Positions 18,638-26,407 of a stretch of 42,434 bases of DNA are shown piece by piece; within the stretch, counting starts at the first letter, position 1, and each line of letters begins with the position of its first letter. A program made the position numbers and the translations under genes. Under the pieces are notes generated by a model. That model worked only from the letters and a program-made list of their open reading frames with translations, was not told the origin of the DNA and made no database searches. Source of the stretch: a bacterium (GTDB lineage Bacteria; Zixibacteria; MSB-5A5; GN15; FEB-12); NCBI GenBank assembly GCA_024230675.1, contig JAAERE010000317.1, positions 1-42,434 of the forward strand. The letters are read 5' to 3'.

Positions 18638-20890
18638 CTATGGACATAGCGGCAGGGGCGTCAGACTGACAAACTGATAGTCGACCAGGATCTGAAGATC
18701 CGTGATATCGATTACTCCGGAACCATCGATGTCCCCCTCATCGTCGCAGGTTAGCGGCGTCAGGGTTAGAAACTGGTTATCCACCAGGATCTGAATATCG
18801 GTAATGTCAATTCCCCCCGACTGGTCGATATCGCCGACCGAGGGCGGCTGGCAGCAAGTCGGGTACGGATCGATCCTGATAGTGAACTCCGCCTGATCCG
18901 AGAAGGCGGCCGGGTGGTCGTTGAAGTGCACCTCGAAACTGAAATCACCGGTATCGGTCGGAACGCCGCTGATAATGCCCTGATTGTCGATACTCAAGCC
19001 GTCGGGGAGAGCCCCGGAGATAATCGTCACAACATTGTTCCCGGAACCGCCGCGATGTTCGACCGTATCCATGTAGGCCACGGCTCGATAGCCGTCCGAC
19101 AGTTCGTCGCCAAACGAAGTTATGAACATCTCCCAGCTATGTGCCCAGGATGAGTCGAGCACCCAATCGGCCGGGTCCAGCTTGACATTGTCTATGCCCA
19201 GAGGACGGTTGAATTTGAAGAGCTTCTTCCGGGCATCGGGGCGCAGCGTAAGCGTGTCCCCCGGTCCGCTGGTTTCATCGAAGTAGAAATCCACCGGCGT
19301 ACGAAAGACCTGGGGCGCTGTGGTCTGAACCTGCTTCACGACCAGATAGATGTCAAAGCCGCCGCTGTCGGAAGGCTCGTCCATAAAATAGTAGTGATAT
19401 TTCGGGAAGTAAGTTCCGTAAACCCAGTCGGCGAAAAACCAACCGAGTTCCTCACCCGTAGCCCCTTCAAAAACGTCCATGAAGTCAAAAGTTGTGGCAG
19501 CGGCAAACTTGAACTCGGAGTTGTAATAAGCCTCAACCCCGTCGGCGAATTTGTCTTCGCCCAGAACGCCGCGCAACATGTGTACTACCCAGGCGCCCTT
19601 GTCGTAACTCAGGTCACCGCTGAAAATCCGCCACACGTTGGTAGTGTCGTCGCAGAAAACCGTTCCCGGGCCATAATAGTCCATACCGCGCATATAGCTG
19701 TGATAGGTCAGCCAGCCGCTTCCAGCCAGATAGTACACGGCTTCGGCATAAGAAGCCCAACCTTCGTTCAGCCAGATATCCTCCCACGAAGCGCACGTTA
19801 TCATATCCCCCCACCACTGGTGTCCCAGCTCATGGGCCACGACTGCGGTGCTGAAGCCAAAAGTGGAATTCCCCCCCATGGAAGTCATGGTCTGGTGCTC
19901 CATACCGCCGCCCCATTCGAAATTGGCGTGGCCGTATTTCTCATCCAGATAGGGGTAGTCGCCGAAGGAGGCGGATAGCTTGGTCATGATATCCGGGGTT
20001 TTCCCCCAGGTCGACCGTGAGTAGGCGTCCCAATCGGTATATACGTGGTGCACGATCGGCATAGTATCCTGATTGGAGTTGTACGTGAATTCCTGCTCCC
20101 AAACCACGAACGGAGCGATTGCTACCGAAAACAGGTAGGTCGCCATGGGATAGTGTTCGGTGTAATGATAGGTTTCGCTGCTGGCGCTCGCGGCCCTTAT
20201 GGAGTCAAGAGTACCGTTGCTCGCGCAATAGAGCGAGGTATCAACTTCGATGTGTATTTTGAAAGAGTCCGCCTTGTCGTCCATGCGGTCCTTGCACGGC
20301 CACCAACTACGAGCGAAATAAGGCTCGGAAAGAGAACTGATCGACGCGCGTCCGCCGTGAGAGCCAAATTCGAACGATTGCAGTCCGCCCTCGACAGGAT
20401 GACCCTGGTAGAAAAAGTCGAACACGAACGGGTCGCCGCTGTTGAGAGAGGTCCCGAGATTCACAGTGACGACATCGATGTTACGGGAATAGGCCAAAGC
20501 GCCGGAGGGTCCTACAATCGAATCGACCGTCATGAGTTCGCAAAAGTCCACCTCTACCTCGGTCAGGCCGTCGACCACCGCCTCAAAATGAAATTGCACA
20601 CGACCCGTTAGCCATTCGGTCGTGTCGTTTACCTGAATCTCTATGTCGTACATCTTGACGTCGTAGTCTGTCTGATTGGTAGCCGCAGTCACAGCTCTGA
20701 GCCGGACCGCGCGAGCACGCTCAAGCCCCAGGGCTTTCCGATGACCCAGGTAGCGATGCATCTCTGAAGGGGACATCGTTTCGGGATCGGGCTCGGGCAC
20801 AACTGCAGTTTCGGGGCCTGCAGCCGCCGTAACGACAAGCAAGAGAATAATGGTGAGGATTGGTGCAGCAAGACCTGTAACTCTGGACAA
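18638..20890 (-). CDS. Secreted M1 family zinc aminopeptidase with Ig-like domain and C-terminal dockerin-like domain
   Basis: Signal peptide, ARSWWPCKD, GGMEHQ exopeptidase motif, HELGHQWWG-x-WLNEGWASY (HExxH-x18-E), YDKGAWVVHMLR, GALPDGLSI..GIISGVPT..G Ig motif, and a duplicated GDID.SG.IDITD.Q.LVD.QF tail. Confidence 0.93.
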   Translation of the reverse strand: MSRVTGLAAPILTIILLLVVTAAAGPETAVVPEPDPETMSPSEMHRYLGHRKALGLERARAVRLRAVTAATNQTDYDVKMYDIEIQVNDTTEWLTGRVQFHFEAVVDGLTEVEVDFCELMTVDSIVGPSGALAYSRNIDVVTVNLGTSLNSGDPFVFDFFYQGHPVEGGLQSFEFGSHGGRASISSLSEPYFARSWWPCKDRMDDKADSFKIHIEVDTSLYCASNGTLDSIRAASASSETYHYTEHYPMATYLFSVAIAPFVVWEQEFTYNSNQDTMPIVHHVYTDWDAYSRSTWGKTPDIMTKLSASFGDYPYLDEKYGHANFEWGGGMEHQTMTSMGGNSTFGFSTAVVAHELGHQWWGDMITCASWEDIWLNEGWASYAEAVYYLAGSGWLTYHSYMRGMDYYGPGTVFCDDTTNVWRIFSGDLSYDKGAWVVHMLRGVLGEDKFADGVEAYYNSEFKFAAATTFDFMDVFEGATGEELGWFFADWVYGTYFPKYHYYFMDEPSDSGGFDIYLVVKQVQTTAPQVFRTPVDFYFDETSGPGDTLTLRPDARKKLFKFNRPLGIDNVKLDPADWVLDSSWAHSWEMFITSFGDELSDGYRAVAYMDTVEHRGGSGNNVVTIISGALPDGLSIDNQGIISGVPTDTGDFSFEVHFNDHPAAFSDQAEFTIRIDPYPTCCQPPSVGDIDQSGGIDITDIQILVDNQFLTLTPLTCDDEGDIDGSGVIDITDLQILVDYQFVSLTPLPLCP

Positions 20891-21006
20891 AATCTACCTC
20901 CGGTTTTGTTGATTGAGAAGCAGCAATTTTGGAGCCGGCTCGGGGCTGTCTGCGACCTGATCCGGCAAGCGTGACGTAAATAGCGGATAAGACTGCGTCT
21001 CGTATC

Positions 21007-21034
21007 AAGATAGGGCCGGAACTCGACCTGTCAA
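21007..21034 (-). promoter_or_regulatory. Candidate sigma70 promoter for the M1 peptidase
   Basis: On the minus strand: TTGACA (21034-21029), 16 nt, TATCTT (21012-21007). Confidence 0.45.
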
Positions 21035-21057
21035 GGCAATCATTGACACAAACAAGA

Positions 21058-21083
21058 GCGCCGCCGGCTCAAGCCGGCGGCGC
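21058..21083 (-). terminator. Hairpin/terminator after the scaffold-like gene
   Basis: Perfect 11-bp stem GCGCCGCCGGC-TCAA-GCCGGCGGCGC, followed on the minus strand by TCTTGTTT. Confidence 0.7.
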
Positions 21084-21112
21084 AGGATTTTACATTAGAA
21101 GCAATCTGTTGC

Positions 21113-23458
21113 TCAGTATGGGTTTGTACAAAGAGGCGTCAGCGTCATGAACAGATTGTCGACGAGGTACTGGGCATCCGTCACATCGATTGAACCGTCG
21201 CAATTGGTGTCCCCAACCTCCCAGGTTGGTATGGGATCTCCCTCCATGCTGAGAAAGAGATAGCCAATGAGCTGCTGGATGTCTTCGATATCAATTATTC
21301 CGTCCCAGTTCATGTCTCCGACCAGTTTCCATACCTGCAGGCGTACGATAACCTCCTGAGGGCTGTTGGTGGCATCGGGAGCAACCACTTGCATCGTCCC
21401 GACGTACTCACCCAGCGTGTAACCAAGCGGGTTGACGACCAGATCCGTCAGCCCCGGCACTTCGCCGGAGGTCTCCTGGGGAGCCAGCCAGGGAATGGAC
21501 TCAGTGATCTGCCAGGGCATGCAACCACCGTATTCGTTGTAGATATCCGGGCCGTCAATAGTCACCGGACCGGCGTTCTCGCGCCACGGCAGGACTATCT
21601 CCGTCCGCTCAAGGTGAATCACGGGGTCATTAGCGGGCGGCAGGTGATTGTACTGAACCACTATCTGCTGGGGCGAGTTGGCCGCCCAATTCGAAACGAC
21701 GTTGATCGTATCGAAATAGGTGCCAAAGGGCAGATCTACCTGAAGGGCCCTGATACGGACGCTGTTGGTGGCCGGCCCGATATAATCCAACTCAGCCGAT
21801 ATCAGGCCCGGCTCGTAATCGAGTTCCACCGACATGGGGTTGTCGCCCCCGATATTGGTCACAGTAATATCAGTGCTCGGCGCGACCTGTCCATAGCCCT
21901 GTTGACACCCGAACATGTCGAATTCGACGCTGGTCTGGGAAATGTCTATTACAGCCGGGTCATCCACAGCTCGAATCCGGAACCTTACCAGGAAGGGTGA
22001 ATTGATAGCCTCGTTGGAGAACACCTGGGCAACAAAAGTCGTTTCCGCGCCCAGAGGCAGCACACTCTCCAGTATCCCCAGAGAGAGCTCCACCGAATCC
22101 GGCGCTGTAGAAGATGCGGGGCTTACACTCTTGACGAGCGGCGTTTCTTCCACGACCCAGAAATCCATCGCCCCCTCGCCGCTGTTGCGGACCTCAAAAG
22201 ACCGGAAGAAAATGGGCAGCTCGCTAACCGCCACCGGCCAGTAAATGACCGTATCAACGTCGATCATCGGCAGGTCGGTACCGACCACCAGGTTAACAGG
22301 TATTACCACCGGGCTGTTGGCCGCCTCAGCGCTGGAAACGTAGATCGCGTCTGAGTATTCTCCAAACATCAACCCGGTTATGTCGACTTCCAGAAGAACA
22401 TCACCGTCTTCGAAACCGGAACCCGGTGACAGGCTCAGCCAGGAGGAACTGTTGCTCACATCCCAACTGAGAGTTTGGCCGCCAATGTTGGAGATCGATA
22501 GCGTCTGGGTCGCCGGGTTGGCGCCCCCTTCCTGGGCGACGAAGAAAAACTCGCTGGAACTGATCCCTATGACCGGCGGAGGAGGGGTTACATCCAGTTC
22601 TACATACACGTACTGGGGCGAGTTGGACGCGGCCGCCGACTGCACCCGGATGGAATCAAAGTAGACTCCCTCTGACAGACCCAGTGTTGTTACGTTCACG
22701 GTTATCGTAGCCGGCGTCGTCCCTCCGGTCGGAGTTGGGGCCATCCAGCCGGCCGATTCGATCAGATTGAACGCCAGAGGATCAAAATCTGAGAAAACAA
22801 CAAACGTCTGTGAAGTCGGATCGGCAGCGCCCTCGATCGCGCTGAAGCGCACGGTATCGATCGGCACAACCAGATTCGAAGGCGCCGTGAATGAGGTATC
22901 GCGCAGGACCCTCTTCCCGGCCCAATAGGGAATGAACGGCTTGTTCGTTAGATCGTTGAACTTCATGTAGGTACCGCTGCTAAACACAGTGGTATCCAGG
23001 ACGATGGAATCGTTCACCGTCCAATCGGACACAGTGAAGTGGTACGAGGCCACCAGCTTGCGGGAAGGCCCCGGATTGAGTCCCGTACCCAAAATACGGG
23101 CCGCAGCGAACTGGAACACCTGGTAGATATTGGTGCTGTCGAGAATATTGTTGCGCAGAGTATAAGTGAAGAAATCCCAGGAGTCATCGGCGAGAGGCAA
23201 AATAACAGTGGAATCCATCTGCAGATTCGGGTTAACCCATTTGAAACCGCTGGAGACGGAGCCAAGCCCCTGGACATCGTTGTAGATGTACAGATCCATC
23301 TGGAGCTTGTTCTGGCCGGTCGCCACATCAGGGAACACCGGGAATTCCACAGTCAAGGTATCCCACTCGCCCTGGTCGTTTTCTCCCTGCTGGGCCGAGA
23401 CGGAAACCGCGCTCGCCAAGAAAACACACATCAACAGCGTCAACATCTTCCTATGCAT
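21113..23458 (-). CDS. Secreted protein: cohesin-like N-domain, five BACON/Ig-like repeats, C-terminal dockerin-like domain
   Basis: Signal peptide. Five ~100-aa beta-rich repeats each end A.NSP (SNSPQYV, ANSPVVI, INSPFLV, ANSPQQI, TNSPQEV), with W-L-x-x-x-P-x-SG motifs. Tail is GDMNWDGIIDIEDIQ...GDTNCDGSIDVTDAQ. The cohesin assignment is pattern-based inference. Confidence 0.75.
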   Translation of the reverse strand: MHRKMLTLLMCVFLASAVSVSAQQGENDQGEWDTLTVEFPVFPDVATGQNKLQMDLYIYNDVQGLGSVSSGFKWVNPNLQMDSTVILPLADDSWDFFTYTLRNNILDSTNIYQVFQFAAARILGTGLNPGPSRKLVASYHFTVSDWTVNDSIVLDTTVFSSGTYMKFNDLTNKPFIPYWAGKRVLRDTSFTAPSNLVVPIDTVRFSAIEGAADPTSQTFVVFSDFDPLAFNLIESAGWMAPTPTGGTTPATITVNVTTLGLSEGVYFDSIRVQSAAASNSPQYVYVELDVTPPPPVIGISSSEFFFVAQEGGANPATQTLSISNIGGQTLSWDVSNSSSWLSLSPGSGFEDGDVLLEVDITGLMFGEYSDAIYVSSAEAANSPVVIPVNLVVGTDLPMIDVDTVIYWPVAVSELPIFFRSFEVRNSGEGAMDFWVVEETPLVKSVSPASSTAPDSVELSLGILESVLPLGAETTFVAQVFSNEAINSPFLVRFRIRAVDDPAVIDISQTSVEFDMFGCQQGYGQVAPSTDITVTNIGGDNPMSVELDYEPGLISAELDYIGPATNSVRIRALQVDLPFGTYFDTINVVSNWAANSPQQIVVQYNHLPPANDPVIHLERTEIVLPWRENAGPVTIDGPDIYNEYGGCMPWQITESIPWLAPQETSGEVPGLTDLVVNPLGYTLGEYVGTMQVVAPDATNSPQEVIVRLQVWKLVGDMNWDGIIDIEDIQQLIGYLFLSMEGDPIPTWEVGDTNCDGSIDVTDAQYLVDNLFMTLTPLCTNPY

Positions 23459-23694
23459 CGTAAGCCTCCCTGCGCCGAGATTTGAGATTGCCGTGCCCTA
23501 TCCGCCGTGATCTGAGGTAGCCTCTCTTGCTTGCGCGCTCGTGCGCGCTGATTTGCATGAATCCGCATGCAGCAAGACAAGGGGCGATCAGAAATGTAAT
23601 TCTCATTAGTAAATACAGTCGGGTAACTGGTAAAGTAAAAAAAAGAGACGGTCGAATACAGGACCCCACGAATCCGTCTACCTGTTACAGGCTA

Positions 23695-23724
23695 AATATA
23701 GACGGTGGTCTCCACCTGTGTCAA
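23695..23724 (-). promoter_or_regulatory. Candidate sigma70 promoter for the scaffold-like gene (long 5' leader)
   Basis: On the minus strand: TTGACA (23724-23719), 18 nt, TATATT (23700-23695). Confidence 0.45.
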
Positions 23725-23804
23725 GGTATAATTGCAGACGGCTCGTCGTTTGGAGACCAAACAACACCACATTAACAGGAATTCGGTTGAGATCCAGCCG
23801 ACGG

Positions 23805-26279
23805 CTATTTCCGGGCCTTCGGCTTGCCCGCTTTCTTGCGCGGACGGACCGCTGTGGGCTTTTTCTTTCGGGCCTTGGCGATTTCCTCGGCGAAGACTTT
23901 CTCAAGGGTGTACGACGAGGGTTTGAAATCAAGCAGGCACAGTTCGAAAAGATCGTCGACTCGCTCGATGAAGTGAAACTTGGTCTTTCGGATGATCTCG
24001 TTAGGCAGATCGCTGAGGTCTTTATGATTCTCGCGCGGCAGGCCGACGTTGTAGATGCCCGCACGGTAGGCCGCGGATATCTTTTCCTTGACGCCGCCTA
24101 CGGCCAGGACGCGCCCCCTCAAAGTAACCTCGCCGGTCATGGCGATATCGTTGCGGATCGGCCGCTCCGACATCACGGAGGCAATAACCAGGCAAACGGT
24201 GATACCGGCTGAGGGACCGTCTTTCGGAATGGCACCCGAGGGAAAATGAATATGAATATCGAACTCGTTGAAATCGTTGGAGTCAATGCCGAGGACATCG
24301 GCCTTGGAGCGAACATACGAATGGGCCGCCTGTATAGACTCGCGCATTACCTCACCGAGTGAACCGGTGGTGATGATCTGCCCCTCCCCTTTCATCCGAA
24401 TACCTTCGATAAACATCAACTCGCCGCCGGCGCCGGTCCAGGCCAGCCCGGCCGCAATGCCTATTTCCGGCACGGTCTCAGCCTTCTCAGGAATAAAGAC
24501 GGTGGTCCCGAGATAGGCCTCCAGGTTCTTCTCTGAGATGGTCCAGCTTTTCTTTTTCTTCTCTGCCTTGGCCAGGGCGATTTTTCGGCATATCCTCTCG
24601 ATCTGTTGTGAAAAGCCGAGCAACCCGGCCTCCTGCGTAAAGCCGCTGATGATCAAGGAAAGAGTTTTGTCGTTCATCCGAACTTCGGATTTTAGCAGAC
24701 CGTGTCTTTTGAGCAGATTGGGCAGGATGTAGCGATTGGCAATGGCTATCTTCTCGCGCTCGATGTACCCTGGCAATTCGATTATCTCCAACCGGGGTAC
24801 GAACTGTTCCGGGATCTCCTCATAGGAACGCACTGAACAGACAAAAAAGACTTTGCTCAGATCAAACGGTACGCCCACGTACTGATCCAGGAATCGAGCG
24901 TTATACCGCGAATCAATCACTTCCAGCAGAGCCATGTTGACCGAAGAATCGTTTTCGACGTTGAAATAGTCGATATCCTCGAGCAGAATCAACGGATCGC
25001 TGCTCCCGGCGTCCCGGAGGGTGCGGATGATTTTGCCCGGCTGGGCCCCAAGATACGTGCGGGGGCTGCCCTTGACATCTGCCACGTCGGTAATACCGCC
25101 GACCGAGATTCTAATAAGCTCCTTGCCGGTGGCGCGTGCGATAGCCTTGGCCAACGAGGCCTTACCGGTTCCGGGCACACCCACCAGACACAGAGTAGGA
25201 GCCTGATCGGCCCCGCCCAGCAGTTTCCGCACCGAGAGGCGCTGAAGGATCTGCTCTTTCAACTTGTTCGGGCCGTAATAGTCGGTATTGAGGATTTTCT
25301 CGGCGTCGGCAATCGTGTAATCTTCGGGCGTGGTCTTGCCCCAGGGCAGGTTAAGCAGCCAGTTGAGATATCCTTTGGTCGCGCCGTACTCGGCCGAGGC
25401 CGGCGACAATTGGGCCAGCCGATCTACTTCCATACGGGCTCGAGCAACTACTTCATGAGGAAGATTGGGCGAGTTTTTGATTTGATTCTTCCAGCGCGCC
25501 GCCTCTTTTTCCTCGCCGAAATCCTCGCCAAGCTGCTTGCGGATTTCATGCAACTGCTGCCTCAGGAAATAGCGGTGCTGGTCCTCGGCGATTCGTCCTT
25601 TGACTTTCTCGTGAATGCTGACCGCCGTGGCAGCCCGGCTGAGTTCGGTATTTAAATGGGTGAGCAACCGATTGAATCGCGGTTCCAGCGCAACAGCCTC
25701 AAGAATCTCCTGCTTCGCAGCCAGCGGGAAGCGAAACGACGCGGCGACCTGATCGGCCAGACACGACGGGTCATCAACGTTCATTTTGAGAACATTGAGG
25801 GTCTCCGGCGAATACACCGGGTCCAGGTGTGTGATTTCGCCCACGATCGACACTACCTGGTTAACTTTTTGATCTATACTCTTGGCGGAGAAACGGAGCT
25901 TGTCCACGGCGTTGGCGGTCGCTTTCAAGTACGGACCGGTAGCAACGATCTTGCTCACCGCCGCCCGTTCGTGACCCTCAAGGGTCACCACCTGCGAGCC
26001 GCCGATGCCTTCGCGCATGCTTTGTACCGTTGCAAACACGCCCACCTGGTGAACCGGCGGCTCCTCGGCGGAGGAATCGCCCGACTGGGAATAGGCGGCC
26101 ACCAGCCGCGATTTGTCGGCATAACATGTTTTCAGAAGGGCCAGATTCTCGGGCCGACCGACCTGAATGGAAATGGTCGTGCCCGGAAACAGGATTCCGG
26201 TCATCAGCGGCAAAAGCGGAAAGGCAACCTCTCTGTCAGTGGCTACCAGCGGCAGACGGGTCTTGCTCTTTATAATCAT
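23805..26279 (-). CDS. lon: Lon protease (endopeptidase La) paralog with degenerate AAA+ motifs
   Basis: Lon N-domain (PLL..GILFPG), [58 protein letters not shown], and [21 protein letters not shown]. Walker A reads GKA and Walker B reads LLED. Confidence 0.93.
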   Translation of the reverse strand: MIIKSKTRLPLVATDREVAFPLLPLMTGILFPGTTISIQVGRPENLALLKTCYADKSRLVAAYSQSGDSSAEEPPVHQVGVFATVQSMREGIGGSQVVTLEGHERAAVSKIVATGPYLKATANAVDKLRFSAKSIDQKVNQVVSIVGEITHLDPVYSPETLNVLKMNVDDPSCLADQVAASFRFPLAAKQEILEAVALEPRFNRLLTHLNTELSRAATAVSIHEKVKGRIAEDQHRYFLRQQLHEIRKQLGEDFGEEKEAARWKNQIKNSPNLPHEVVARARMEVDRLAQLSPASAEYGATKGYLNWLLNLPWGKTTPEDYTIADAEKILNTDYYGPNKLKEQILQRLSVRKLLGGADQAPTLCLVGVPGTGKASLAKAIARATGKELIRISVGGITDVADVKGSPRTYLGAQPGKIIRTLRDAGSSDPLILLEDIDYFNVENDSSVNMALLEVIDSRYNARFLDQYVGVPFDLSKVFFVCSVRSYEEIPEQFVPRLEIIELPGYIEREKIAIANRYILPNLLKRHGLLKSEVRMNDKTLSLIISGFTQEAGLLGFSQQIERICRKIALAKAEKKKKSWTISEKNLEAYLGTTVFIPEKAETVPEIGIAAGLAWTGAGGELMFIEGIRMKGEGQIITTGSLGEVMRESIQAAHSYVRSKADVLGIDSNDFNEFDIHIHFPSGAIPKDGPSAGITVCLVIASVMSERPIRNDIAMTGEVTLRGRVLAVGGVKEKISAAYRAGIYNVGLPRENHKDLSDLPNEIIRKTKFHFIERVDDLFELCLLDFKPSSYTLEKVFAEEIAKARKKKPTAVRPRKKAGKPKARK

Positions 26280-26407
26280 ATTCTCCCTCAGTGTCCTTCT
26301 TGTTATCGGACACGAACGGGTTATTTCAAGAGCAAGTAGAGCAGAATCTACATGAGAGTCAACGAATTAGTTTCTGCCCGGCTACCCGCGCCGCGGCGCA
26401 GCGCCAT

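Noticed and set aside
23678-24212. Overlapping ORFs at the lon 3' end
   Set aside because: Alternative-frame or antisense shadows of the conserved Lon protease domain.
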